Of a stretch of 64,000 nt of DNA, positions 42,290-52,460 are shown one piece after another. Position 1 is the first letter of the stretch, and each line of letters begins with the position of its first letter. The notes beneath the pieces were generated by a model, which was not told the origin of the DNA, ran no database searches, and saw nothing but the letters and a program-made list of their open reading frames with translations. Made by a program: the position numbers and the translations under genes. The DNA lies in NCBI GenBank assembly GCA_963706595.1, contig OY970166.1, forward strand, positions 1,376,001 through 1,440,000, given 5' to 3'. The DNA is from an uncultured cyanobacterium (GTDB lineage: Bacteria; Cyanobacteriota; Cyanobacteriia; Cyanobacteriales; Nostocaceae).

Positions 42290-43435
42290 CTATATAAAAG
42301 TCTCATAATTATCCTTTAGGAATCCTTCTAAGTTGGGTACATCTATCCAATTTGATGTTTGATGAGATTTATGAGATAAATCCATTAATAGTTGGGAATA
42401 AACGCCTTCTCGCAAGGATGGGACTATTTCTTGTTGGCGTTCAATTCCTAATACCCATTGGTCTACTACACGGGTAAATGCCGAAATGCGTCCGTCGGTG
42501 TGATGTTGGGGAAAAACTAAGCGACTGGGGATTTCGATTTCTTGGAGAGGTTGACCAGGCTGAGAACCCCAAACCCGAAATCCATGTATATAATCTTTTT
42601 GATTTTCACTACCTAATACTAGAGTACCGCGATCGCCATACACTTCTACCCAGTGTGTCCTCGATGCATGAACTACTGCACTGATAGTAACTTGGCAAGG
42701 TGTGCCATCAGCTAATTCCAGAGATAGCAGACAGGTATCATCTGTATTTACTGGCTTTAATTCTTGGCTAGCTGGGTCAATTCGTGCGGGAATGGCGGTA
42801 CTCAGGTGGGCGTTTAATCTGCTGACTGGCCCAAATAGCCAGGAAATATAATCGAAGGCGTGGGAACCTAAAGAACCTAATGCACCCCCGCCTTTGTCTT
42901 GGGAGGAATACCAATTCCAAGGGCGGGAAGTATCGGCGCGGGAGGAACCTAACCAATCAATTTTAATTAAGCGTTTGTTTCCTACATAGTTGCTGGCTAA
43001 TAATTCCGCAAATAATTGCCATCCGGGGACAAAGCGAAATTCAAAGTCTACTGTGGCGGTTACGCCTTTTGCTTGCGCTAATTGATATAGTTCTTTAGCT
43101 TCAAATACATTTAAAGTTGTGGGTTTTTCTAATAATAAATGTTTGCCGGCTTGCAGCACTTGTTTAGCCATTTCATAGTGCAGAAATGGTGGTGTGGCGA
43201 TACTCACGGCTTGCACTTCTGGTAATGCTAAAATATCGCCTACAGTGTCGCAGGCGTGCGGGATATGATGAGTCTCGGCGATGGCTTGGGCTTGATTAAT
43301 ATCTCGATGATAAACTGCTACTATTTCGGTGCGATGATGGGCTTTAAATCCGGGAATATGGACTTTTTGACCAAATCCTGTGCCAAGAATTGCTACACCA
43401 ATTTTATTTTGATTTGTGGGGATTTCGGAAGGCAT
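42290..43435 (-). CDS. Gfo/Idh/MocA family oxidoreductase
   Basis: ILGTGFG, IATPP..H, KHLLLEKP, GGGAL..LGSH..D. Confidence 0.92.
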   Translation of the reverse strand: MPSEIPTNQNKIGVAILGTGFGQKVHIPGFKAHHRTEIVAVYHRDINQAQAIAETHHIPHACDTVGDILALPEVQAVSIATPPFLHYEMAKQVLQAGKHLLLEKPTTLNVFEAKELYQLAQAKGVTATVDFEFRFVPGWQLFAELLASNYVGNKRLIKIDWLGSSRADTSRPWNWYSSQDKGGGALGSLGSHAFDYISWLFGPVSRLNAHLSTAIPARIDPASQELKPVNTDDTCLLSLELADGTPCQVTISAVVHASRTHWVEVYGDRGTLVLGSENQKDYIHGFRVWGSQPGQPLQEIEIPSRLVFPQHHTDGRISAFTRVVDQWVLGIERQQEIVPSLREGVYSQLLMDLSHKSHQTSNWIDVPNLEGFLKDNYETFI

Positions 43436-43477
43436 AATTAATAGCGTTTATATTATGGAAAATATGGATATGTTTCA

Positions 43478-43560
43478 CGCAAAGGCGCAAAGGCGCAAAG
43501 GTAAGAAGGTAAGAAGGTAAGAAGGTAAGAAGGTAAGAAGGTAAGAAGGGAAGAAGGTAA
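43478..43560. repeat. Octamer tandem repeats (CGCAAAGG) x3 then (GTAAGAAG) x~7
   Basis: Directly visible. Confidence 0.85.
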
Positions 43561-43656
43561 TTGTGACCAATACTTCCTTAGTGGTACAAGCCCCCAGATT
43601 TATCTGTGGAATCAATCCAAAATCCGAAATCCAAAATCCAAAATTGTATGACGGCT

Positions 43657-44826
43657 TCAGAATTTGAGGATTTCTTGATCATAGTTGTCGGGAAGGGGTT
43701 CTATTTCCCAGACTATACCTTCTCCTGCTTCTAAGGCAACTTCTATATACAGTTGTTCTACTGCTGTTGTGGCGATATCTTCATTGTTGGGAAATGGTTG
43801 TAAGTCTTCGGTGAGGAGTCTGAGTTTAAAACCGCCAGGAATCGCTGCGCCTATGGTTGCGTTACGTAATTCAAAGCGCCAATGTCGGGTGTCTGGTTGT
43901 CCTTGGGGTGTAATTAGCAGTTCATATAATTGACCTGCGATCGCAAGTTGGCGTGATAAGCTGACTTCTGGCTGTCTTTCTTCTATACTCCGCGCCCCCG
44001 CAGCACTTAATTGCAGATTTAACTTTCCCCAGCCTTTTGCGGCTGCAATTTGAGAAACACCGCTTTGCAACCATTGGATAACTGACCATTGTTCTGGTAG
44101 TCCTAAACGTTGTTCATATAAACGTTGTCGCCAACCGCCGGATGCAATTAGTCCCCCCCACAATGGAAAAGGGACAGCTAAACGCGGGGTGATGATTTCG
44201 GGATTTCCCAGGCGGGTAATTAAATTTTCGGCTTGTGCTTGTGGTAGAGTGGGTAAATCTACAGTGGCAATCCGTTTAACTTCATCTTGACAAAATTCTT
44301 TCGCCACGCTTAACACACTCATATCAGTAATTATATCATCTTCATCCAGCGCATAAGTGCGATCGCCTGGGTAATAATTACCTTTATTTTTCAGTTGTGC
44401 ATGAGTACAATAACCCCAAACCCTGACATAGCCTGCATCCGGTTCTACTTGTACTGCTAAGTAATAATCCCCCGCCCAGCTTGGTAAATCCACCCATTCT
44501 TGCGGCACACGCAATTCACTACTATCAATATTTTCACTGGGAACCAAAATAAATCTAGTTGCGTCTACGGTTACAGCTGTACCATTAACCAGTTCCCAAA
44601 AACTGGATACAGCCGCAGCATCAGGCCAAACTCTGGCTTGGGGTGTAAAATCTTCTTGCAACCAAGGCAAAACAGCCCCCAGACAAAGTTCATTAATATA
44701 AGCTTGATAACTCGTAGAATCAGCAAAAGATTGACTGTGAAGATTAACTTGATGTTTGACAGAGGTGGGAATTTCCAATATCAGGTCTGTGGAAGCAAAA
44801 CTTAAGATGGGGGTATTTGTATTCAT
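43657..44826 (-). CDS. DUF1822 family protein
   Basis: AY.NELCL, FWELVNGTA, ELRVPQEWVD.P.W.GDYYLAVQV, V.VWGY.TH. Confidence 0.88.
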   Translation of the reverse strand: MNTNTPILSFASTDLILEIPTSVKHQVNLHSQSFADSTSYQAYINELCLGAVLPWLQEDFTPQARVWPDAAAVSSFWELVNGTAVTVDATRFILVPSENIDSSELRVPQEWVDLPSWAGDYYLAVQVEPDAGYVRVWGYCTHAQLKNKGNYYPGDRTYALDEDDIITDMSVLSVAKEFCQDEVKRIATVDLPTLPQAQAENLITRLGNPEIITPRLAVPFPLWGGLIASGGWRQRLYEQRLGLPEQWSVIQWLQSGVSQIAAAKGWGKLNLQLSAAGARSIEERQPEVSLSRQLAIAGQLYELLITPQGQPDTRHWRFELRNATIGAAIPGGFKLRLLTEDLQPFPNNEDIATTAVEQLYIEVALEAGEGIVWEIEPLPDNYDQEILKF

Positions 44827-44922
44827 AGGGTTTTCTCCGGAGAATCTTCGGCTTTTTTGAGTCCATTAGGGAAATATTCTCTTCCCCGGCAAAACAGACG
44901 TGACCATCTGTTCTAACATAAG

Positions 44923-46098
44923 TTATTCAGTAAACACATTGTAATAATTGTGCAACCATTCCTCAATCACAGCACTCATACTAGTTAGTAGGTCTGTTGT
45001 TACAGAAATATGCAAAATATCTTGACTCCAATTAGCCAAAGACCGCAGCAATATTTCTTTGGCTTTTGTCAGTCGTCGCGAAACTGTATATTGCTTGATT
45101 TCTAATTGTTTAGCAATTGCGTCTTGATTTAGCTGTTGACTATAGTATAGTTGTAAAATCTCTTGGACTTGCGGTTCGAGTTGAGCGATCGCATCGGCTA
45201 AAACTTGGTTAATCTCCACTTGTTGAGATGTGCGAATTTGGGCTTCTTCTTGGGCGACAATTTCATGGATTAAAGATTCTCGGTCTGTTCCTGGAAGATT
45301 ATCAAGTAATTCCCCTGAACCATCACCACCTTTAGATATATTTAGCGAATCCGGGGTGGGATAAAGATATTTTCGGACAGCTTTCGCTACACTTAGTAGC
45401 CACTTTTCTAAAGTTTGGGGGTTGACTTTTTCACTGCTTTGTGAATTGTAAGCTGTGGCGATCGCTTGCCAAATTTGCTCATCAGGTCGAGAAAGTTGGC
45501 GAGATTTAGCAGTTTTCGTAGGAACATAGAGAGTTTTAAAACATTGCCAAGCCAGAATATAAGCGTTAATCGTCTCTGAGGACAAGCCAGCATTTTGCAG
45601 AGACTCATCTAAACGCTTTTGGGAAGTTTTCCGCAATAAGCCCCAATCTGTACAGATATCAACTTCCCGGAGTTGGCGCAAAGCTTCGCGGATAGCACTC
45701 CCAAACACAATACTGGCGTAATTTTTCAAAGTACTGCTGTGACTGGGATTATAACCCTGAAGAACTTTATCCACCTGCGCGATCGCAATTTGAAAGCAAT
45801 CTGAAAGTTTGTACTGAGTACTAACGAAGTTAGCGGCTGTTTTTTGAGAACTCCAATAACAAGCTTCTTGTAAGTAAGCAGTGAGATGTTGTTGTGCCAA
45901 AAACTTAGTTTCAGGAACTTGCCAAAACTTATACCAATACAATACCCAAAAATTTGCAGTTGTATCATTGGGTATTTTTTGAAGACAACTTTGGATGCTG
46001 CGGCGCAGTCTGGATTCCGTCGCCCAATGACCAAAATTATCTCCGTCAAACTGCACGAAAGTTGAAAAAATTTCCGTGATGCTGGTTCGAGGCTGCAT
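44923..46098 (-). CDS. Cyanobacterial sigma-70-like factor (DUF1822-associated)
   Basis: HL.AYLQE.CYW, DW.LLRK.S..RL, C-terminal region-4 HTH QDAIAKQLEIKQYTVSRRL. Confidence 0.85.
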   Translation of the reverse strand: MQPRTSITEIFSTFVQFDGDNFGHWATESRLRRSIQSCLQKIPNDTTANFWVLYWYKFWQVPETKFLAQQHLTAYLQEACYWSSQKTAANFVSTQYKLSDCFQIAIAQVDKVLQGYNPSHSSTLKNYASIVFGSAIREALRQLREVDICTDWGLLRKTSQKRLDESLQNAGLSSETINAYILAWQCFKTLYVPTKTAKSRQLSRPDEQIWQAIATAYNSQSSEKVNPQTLEKWLLSVAKAVRKYLYPTPDSLNISKGGDGSGELLDNLPGTDRESLIHEIVAQEEAQIRTSQQVEINQVLADAIAQLEPQVQEILQLYYSQQLNQDAIAKQLEIKQYTVSRRLTKAKEILLRSLANWSQDILHISVTTDLLTSMSAVIEEWLHNYYNVFTE

Positions 46099-46137
46099 AA
46101 AAAATAGTAGACCAACCTAAAAGGAAAAGTGACAGCG

Positions 46138-46163
46138 TTAAAAGTCGCCTGCACAAACTTTAC
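46138..46163 (+). promoter_or_regulatory. 26-bp motif shared with 47477-47502
   Basis: TTAAAAGTCGCCTGCACAAACTTTAC. Confidence 0.55.
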
Positions 46164-46266
46164 TACACAGAATGAGTCTCATGTTTCGCCTTGCACTCAA
46201 AAGATTCAAAATTCTGAATGCAAGGTTAATTAACCAAAAAACATTTTCTAAAATTGTGGAGAAAAA

Positions 46267-47286
46267 ATGATGTTGGGAAATTTTAAGAGAGCTAAATTGA
46301 TATTTTTAGCTGTTTTAAGCAGTTTATTAGTGAGTGTTAGCGCTTTTGCCCAAATACCCCGGATACCCCAAAATACTCAACTGGTAAAATCACAAGTTAC
46401 TATCACACAGTTAAGAAATGCAACAACTAAATTAAACCAGCTAGAAACTGCATTAAACCAAGTAGAACGCAAAAAAGTAGCTACTCTCAAAGACACTGAA
46501 CAAGTTGAAGAAGCAGCATTTGCTTATGCAGAAGCCATAAAAGCCGGCTTAGATAATGCTTTAAAAGAAGCCGAAACTTTAGCCAAAACCGAAGGCAAAC
46601 AAGGCAGTATTAATTCTTTGGTGACATTTGAAAAAGCCGAAAAAGAGAATCAGCCCCGGTTAGAAAAAATTGAACAAAGGGCGAACACGATTGAGAGACA
46701 AATCAAAGTAGGAACTATCAGACTTGATAAATCGATTATCCAAAATTTATCAGTTCCAGAACGCCAGGAGTTATTGGAATCCTTAGAACCACCAGCAAAA
46801 CAGATTTATCTGCGAGAACAACCAGCATTATTCAAACCTGTTCTGGAATTACAAATCAATAACCCTAATTTACAAACACCTCGAATTAACCCTAATTTAC
46901 AAACACCTCAAATTAACCCTAGTTTACAAATACCTCGAAACAATCTGAAATTCCTCGAAGAGAAGTTTGATAAATTCCAAAGCTTTGTCCCCGGAAATCT
47001 AGAGAATACATTAGCTAACTATCATGTTGGCATGGCAGTTTCTGGGATGATGCAAAGCATCAGCAATATGTTAATCCCTCCCGCTTATGCAGCCGCAGCA
47101 ATCCCCTGTATTGGTTACGCCGTTGCCGGCAAATGGAGTGGTTTAGCAGCTTGTGTAGTGAAGGCAGGTTCACAAGCCACAAGCATATATAATGATTTTG
47201 TCAGATGTTGGAATAACGCCAAGCGTCCTTTCCGTTGGCTAAAAAGAACCCGTTGCGTAGCGAGATTAATCGTCAGGATTGCTTAG
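46267..47286 (+). CDS. Secreted hypothetical protein: coiled coil, 9-aa repeats, cationic 4-Cys C-terminal domain
   Basis: Signal peptide ...VSAFA; 27-bp x3 repeat at 46861-46941. Confidence 0.75.
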   Translation: MMLGNFKRAKLIFLAVLSSLLVSVSAFAQIPRIPQNTQLVKSQVTITQLRNATTKLNQLETALNQVERKKVATLKDTEQVEEAAFAYAEAIKAGLDNALKEAETLAKTEGKQGSINSLVTFEKAEKENQPRLEKIEQRANTIERQIKVGTIRLDKSIIQNLSVPERQELLESLEPPAKQIYLREQPALFKPVLELQINNPNLQTPRINPNLQTPQINPSLQIPRNNLKFLEEKFDKFQSFVPGNLENTLANYHVGMAVSGMMQSISNMLIPPAYAAAAIPCIGYAVAGKWSGLAACVVKAGSQATSIYNDFVRCWNNAKRPFRWLKRTRCVARLIVRIA

Positions 47287-47476
47287 GTTAAACCTTTTAA
47301 TAATTTAACTGTAGGGTGTGTTATCGCGTCAGCGTAACGCACCTTATTTTTGGAAACCGAATTCATTTTATTGACAAATTTACTCACTAAATGGAGTTTT
47401 TTGAAAAACCCAAAAACATTTTTGTTCAAAATCTGCATATAATGAGCAAATTCCACCTATTGATTAACTGAAGGCA

Positions 47477-47502
47477 TTAAAATTCGCCTGCACAAACTTG
47501 AC
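47477..47502 (+). promoter_or_regulatory. 26-bp motif shared with 46138-46163
   Basis: TTAAAATTCGCCTGCACAAACTTGAC (24/26 identical). Confidence 0.55.
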
Positions 47503-47519
47503 CACAAGGAAAAAGAGAG

Positions 47520-48311
47520 ATGTTTCACCTACCATTTAAATCTTTAACTCTGGGTAGCATGGTAATCCTGTCTACTGCAACTACCGTTTTAGCCCAAGTA
47601 CAAGTAAGCCCACTAATCGCCCAAAGAACGAACTTTAGTTGTGGCCCTCATACAAGTACTTACGTAGTGGGAATATCAGATAATCTTGAAGTATCTGGTA
47701 TTCGCTGCGTCACCTTCAGTCAAGGTAAACCAGGAAGTACAATTCCCCGACTAGCATGGTACGGCGAAGGGAGTTGGGGTGGTTCAACTTATCGCCATGT
47801 AGGACAAGCTTTTTACAGAGGTTCTAACCTGGTTGGTTATGCTTCTGATATTCATGGTAACGGCGAAAGTTACAACAATGATTTTGGTAACGGCGATCTG
47901 AATATCGAAATTGTCAACAGATCAACTATTCGGATTACTGGTGCATGGAATGAAGAATGGAAATTAGTCTCAGCCGCTAATTACACACCATTACCCAAAG
48001 CGGAAACTTGCGGTACATATTTCGATGAATACACAGTTTCTGAACCCAATGGTAATAGTCAAGGTAATGGCTTACGTTGTGTGCTGCGGGTTGGTAGGAG
48101 AAATACTACTTGGTTTGGTAATGGTAATTGGGGAAATTCTACTTATTCCCATCTGGGAACCCGTTCTTTTAATGGTTACGGTGCGAATGATATTTGTGGC
48201 GATGGTTTCGGATCATTTTGTAATACCTTTGACTACGGTTCTGTGAAATTAAGTCCTGTAACTGGCGGATTTAATGTTACAGGTGCTTGGAATGAAAAGT
48301 GGCGACGATAG
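47520..48311 (+). CDS. Secreted hypothetical protein built from two ~115-aa Cys/Trp/Gly-rich repeats
   Basis: Signal peptide ...TVLA; duplicated CG...Y.V, G.RCV, W.G.G.WG.STY.H.G, TGAWNE.W. Confidence 0.8.
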   Translation: MFHLPFKSLTLGSMVILSTATTVLAQVQVSPLIAQRTNFSCGPHTSTYVVGISDNLEVSGIRCVTFSQGKPGSTIPRLAWYGEGSWGGSTYRHVGQAFYRGSNLVGYASDIHGNGESYNNDFGNGDLNIEIVNRSTIRITGAWNEEWKLVSAANYTPLPKAETCGTYFDEYTVSEPNGNSQGNGLRCVLRVGRRNTTWFGNGNWGNSTYSHLGTRSFNGYGANDICGDGFGSFCNTFDYGSVKLSPVTGGFNVTGAWNEKWRR

Positions 48312-48426
48312 GGACTTCCAATTTAAAAAACATTCCATCGCTGAGGTAAGCAGGGGAGCAGGGAGCAGGGGGGATAAAGAACAAATATGGTCTGATGAAA
48401 TGGGTCATTTATTTTCTGGAAATCCC
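48311..48426. mobile_element. MITE (GGGACTTCCA...TGGAAATCCC ends), empty form of the element at 32830-33107
   Basis: Terminal inverted repeats; internal ataaagaacaaatatggtctgatgaaat matches the reverse complement of 33010-33037. Confidence 0.75.
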
Positions 48427-48468
48427 ATAATCCGATAATCAACCTCAGCGCCACTCTGGGTTAAAAAT

Positions 48469-50409
48469 TTAGATTTGCAACATCCCCTCTGGATTTACAG
48501 TTAAGAGCGATCGCCTTTGTAATCCCTCACGATATAAAATTTCATTAGCTGCTAACAAACCACTACTAACAGCCCGTTCCATTAATCCACAAGGAAAAGG
48601 CATTTTCACCCAATCGCCAGCAAACATTAAATTAGCAATACCAGAACTAGATTCTGGACGTTCAGCATAACTCTGGGGTGGATATCCCGAAAAGTTACGT
48701 TGATTGACTATTTCCCGATGCAGCATCGTGGCTTGTTTCAACTCAGGGACAATTTCATAAAGTTCCTGTTCAAAAGTAGTTAACAAAGCCTCTTGGGTAG
48801 GAAATTCCTTTTCCTTATAACAATAGGCGTGTAACTCAACTACACTTCCACCTGTGCGTTTTGACCAATCAATAAATTGTTGTTGAATACGATGATAAAG
48901 AGTAATGCTGTCTGTTAATGAATAGCCAGATAAAGAAGTAAAATTACTTTGTTCCCACTCAAAATCCTGGTCAAACCAGAAACGACACACAGCAAAAGGA
49001 TCGGCGATACTTAATTTTTCCACTTGCGATCGCACTTTGGGATCGACATCCCCACTCACCCGCTTAAATATTTGTTGCACACCAGGGACATCAGTAGCAA
49101 AAACATAATAATCGGCGGTGATTGTCTGCGGTGGTAATGATTCCGCATTTACTGCAACCAACTGTAACTGATCATCCTGGCGTTGGACTATTTCAAACTT
49201 CGGTAAATCGCGTTGGGCTGGCCCTTTGACAACCTTACCATCAGCAGCGAAAACCGCCCCATGACAAGGACAATGAAAATTACCATCTGCGGCTGGTTTG
49301 ACAGTACAACCTTGATGAGTGCAAGTTAGAGAAATAGCTGATTTACTATCAGCAGCAACGGCAAATACTTGATCAGCAGCACCAAAATATTCTACCTTTT
49401 CATCAGTAATAATTGCATTGCGCTTCACCCAGAAAGGCACATTATTGCTATCACTACCAAGATAATATTTGAGGCTATCAATCTTACCATCTACAGCCGG
49501 AATCTCACTTACTGTAGCATCAGTAATAATTTGTCCGCCGTTACTTTGAATAAATTTGGCAATCGGTTGGATTAAACTTGTCCCCATATCATCTACAGTG
49601 CCATTAAAAGCTAATCCTTCTGGGTTCCCAAAAAAGTAAAAATGGAAAAACTGCATGAGTTCGCCCACACTCATCTCATCTGGTGCATTCAAGCTAGATT
49701 TGGCAAAGGGGAGAAAATATAAATCATATAAACCTTGGGGAAATTCAGTTTTTACCCAGTCAGCCACAGAGATGTTATCAAAGCGGCGATAGTTTTTTTC
49801 GCGTTCAAAACCAGTAATGGCCTGAAAAACTTGTAAATGTTTGAACTTAGTGAGATTAATTCCCCAACGTAACCGATTTGGAGAGGCGATCGCTAAATCT
49901 ACAATATTCCAAGGGAACGCCGAACTACTGGGGCGAAACACTTCTGGTTTGTATTTTAAATCGCGATAAACCAGAGAATAAAAGTTTAATGATTGAAAAT
50001 TATCAGTAATTTCCAATTCCGAAACAATACTTTTGAGATTATAATATTGAGGGAAAAATCCATGAAAACCATGTTCCATCATAAAAGATTCCCCAGCCGC
50101 TTCAATCGGCCAACTGGCAATTTTGCCACCAAGTTGGGGGGCTTTTTCTAAAAGCGTCACAGCAAAACCCCTCTGACTCAATTCATAAGCACAAGCCAAA
50201 CCCGCTAAACCGCCCCCGACTACCGCAACAGTTTTATTTTTATTTAAGATTTGCGGCAATTCCAGAGTATCTGGTTGATAAACTGTGGGTTGAGGCTTAC
50301 TAAACCGGGAATATCCCGTACCTGCGACAACTGCACCCACACCAAATAACTTAAGTAGTGTCCGCCGGGATATAGTAGATGCTTCTGGTGAATTAAATAG
50401 TAAACTCAT
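48469..50409 (-). CDS. CrtU/CruE-like FAD-dependent carotenoid desaturase/methyltransferase with inserted Rieske domain
   Basis: VVGGGLAGL FAD motif, EHGFHGFFPQY, Rieske CTHQGC...CPCHG, FAGDW...MERAVSSG. Confidence 0.8.
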   Translation of the reverse strand: MSLLFNSPEASTISRRTLLKLFGVGAVVAGTGYSRFSKPQPTVYQPDTLELPQILNKNKTVAVVGGGLAGLACAYELSQRGFAVTLLEKAPQLGGKIASWPIEAAGESFMMEHGFHGFFPQYYNLKSIVSELEITDNFQSLNFYSLVYRDLKYKPEVFRPSSSAFPWNIVDLAIASPNRLRWGINLTKFKHLQVFQAITGFEREKNYRRFDNISVADWVKTEFPQGLYDLYFLPFAKSSLNAPDEMSVGELMQFFHFYFFGNPEGLAFNGTVDDMGTSLIQPIAKFIQSNGGQIITDATVSEIPAVDGKIDSLKYYLGSDSNNVPFWVKRNAIITDEKVEYFGAADQVFAVAADSKSAISLTCTHQGCTVKPAADGNFHCPCHGAVFAADGKVVKGPAQRDLPKFEIVQRQDDQLQLVAVNAESLPPQTITADYYVFATDVPGVQQIFKRVSGDVDPKVRSQVEKLSIADPFAVCRFWFDQDFEWEQSNFTSLSGYSLTDSITLYHRIQQQFIDWSKRTGGSVVELHAYCYKEKEFPTQEALLTTFEQELYEIVPELKQATMLHREIVNQRNFSGYPPQSYAERPESSSGIANLMFAGDWVKMPFPCGLMERAVSSGLLAANEILYREGLQRRSLLTVNPEGMLQI

Positions 50410-50666
50410 GTTGCAAAATTCAAGCTAGATTAGTTGAGTTCGTAGTTGTGCTTCCGGGATAAATGAGATTTTCAAATCACTTTTCCCCTGTCACTTTATC
50501 GTAAAAAAAATATTTTTGCAGAATTAGACAACTTGTTTAAGATTCATAGTAAAAATTTTTATCTGATAGAATATCAGACAGCAAAAGTTGAGTAAACCAA
50601 TTAGAAGATTATTTGATAGTTTAGTATATTATTTACTATTTAGCTACCAGGGGTTAATTTGCCGTC

Positions 50667-51440
50667 ATGAAGTATTGGCGTGAAACCATAGCTGTCACAC
50701 AGCGGATTTTAATTGAACTGTTGCGCCGCAGACGCAGCTTAATTTTTTGGAGTATTTTCCCAATTTCCGTATTAATCCTGAGTGGATTCATTTTAGCAGA
50801 ACGGGCAGAACTACCACTAGCTGACGCTTTCGGCTATGCTGCGCCCTCCAGTTTAGTAGGTGCGGCGTTATTTTTTAGCTGTTTGGGTGGTAGTGTCGCC
50901 ACTGTAGTTGCAGAAAGAGAACAGCAAACCCTCAAACGCTTGTTTATTTCGCCCTTAAGTGGTATGTCCTACTTTTTAGGAATTTTTCTTGCTCACACTT
51001 GCATTGGTTTAGGACAGACACTTTTGGTTTATACTGTTGCTGCGTTTTGGGGTGCTACTTTCAACGGTTCTATTCTTTTAGGACTGACAATTATTATCAT
51101 GAGTATCGTGGCTTATGTTGGTTTAGGCTTTATTTTGGGTACTCAATTAGCCCGGCGCATTGAAGATGTCAATGCTTTGGTGGCTGCTTTTGGCGTTCCT
51201 TTATTAATTCTCGGCGGAGCATTTTTACCCGCTTCTTTGTTTCCCCAAAGTTTGATTAATATCGCCAAATATAATCCTATTTATCACATGAATGAAGCTT
51301 TAGTAGGAGTTTCTTCTCAGGGTGCTGATATTAGTAAAATTCAATCACATTTGGGATTTTTATTAGTATTTGCTGTGGTGATGGTTATTGGTGGATGGTT
51401 ATCTTATCGGCGAATGTTAGTAGTAGAAAGAAGACTTTGA
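50667..51440 (+). CDS. ABC-2 type exporter permease
   Basis: EREQQTLKRL..SPL, GG.F.P, NPI..M; six TM segments. Confidence 0.9.
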   Translation: MKYWRETIAVTQRILIELLRRRRSLIFWSIFPISVLILSGFILAERAELPLADAFGYAAPSSLVGAALFFSCLGGSVATVVAEREQQTLKRLFISPLSGMSYFLGIFLAHTCIGLGQTLLVYTVAAFWGATFNGSILLGLTIIIMSIVAYVGLGFILGTQLARRIEDVNALVAAFGVPLLILGGAFLPASLFPQSLINIAKYNPIYHMNEALVGVSSQGADISKIQSHLGFLLVFAVVMVIGGWLSYRRMLVVERRL

Positions 51441-51503
51441 TAAAATTTGCTCGTAGTCAGGACTTTAGTCCTTTTTTTTTATCCCATTTAAGCGAAAATA
51501 TTT

Positions 51504-52394
51504 ATGCTAAAAATCACCAATTTAAATAAATCATACAGCAAAATCAAAGTTTTGCAAGATTTGACACTACACATTAAGCCTGGGGAAATTTACGGCTTAC
51601 TGGGTGCAAATGGATCTGGTAAAACTACAACTATCAATATTATTTGTAATTTACTGAAAGCTGATAGTGGTGATATTACCATCAATCATCAAAAAGTTTC
51701 GGAAGCCACAAAAAAAATAATTGGGATTGCGCCCCAAGAGAATTTACTCTACAAAACCTTATCTTGTGAGGAAAATCTCAAGTTTTTTGCCAAAATTTAT
51801 GGTTTAAATCGGGAAACACGGCAAAAAAACACACAGGAAACTCTCGCATCTGTCAACTTATTAGATAGAGCTAAAAGTCCGGTAGAAACTCTCAGTGGGG
51901 GAATGCAGCGACGTTTAAATATTGCAGTTGCTTTGGTACATCAGCCGCATTTAGTAATTTTAGATGAACCAACTACAGGATTAGATATTGAAGCTCGATA
52001 TGAAGTTTGGGAATTAATCCGAAATTTAAAAAATCAGGGAGTTACTGTTTTATTAACCACCCATTTATTAGATGAAGCCGAGCGACTTTGTGATAGGATT
52101 GGTATCCTCAAAAATGGTCACATTATCGCTGAGGGCAGTTTAGCTGAGTTACGCAATTTAATTCCCGCAGCAGAAGTTTTAGTAGTCCAAACTCATCAAA
52201 AAGAGCAAGCGATCGCTCGTGGCAAAGAGTATGGTTTTATACATAAATTTTATGGTAATCAGTTAGCTTTTTGGTTGCCACAACCTCTAGAATTAAAGGA
52301 AATCATCGCCCGATTTGAAGGGATAGAATTTGAGTCAATTTCCCGGCTACCTGTGGGATTAGAGCATATTTATTTAGAAGTGACACAAGGATAA
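51504..52394 (+). CDS. ABC-2 type exporter ATP-binding protein
   Basis: GANGSGKTT, LSGGMQRR, LDEPTTGLD, TTH. Confidence 0.93.
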   Translation: MLKITNLNKSYSKIKVLQDLTLHIKPGEIYGLLGANGSGKTTTINIICNLLKADSGDITINHQKVSEATKKIIGIAPQENLLYKTLSCEENLKFFAKIYGLNRETRQKNTQETLASVNLLDRAKSPVETLSGGMQRRLNIAVALVHQPHLVILDEPTTGLDIEARYEVWELIRNLKNQGVTVLLTTHLLDEAERLCDRIGILKNGHIIAEGSLAELRNLIPAAEVLVVQTHQKEQAIARGKEYGFIHKFYGNQLAFWLPQPLELKEIIARFEGIEFESISRLPVGLEHIYLEVTQG

Positions 52395-52460
52395 AGAACC
52401 TCACCCCCAACCCCTCTCCTTAGTAAGGAGAGGGGAGAATTTGGAGTAATTAAACTACTT

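Noticed and set aside
50667..52394. ABC-2 exporter as transporter of the GG-leader peptides
   Set aside because: No C39 peptidase domain and 8 kb away across unrelated genes
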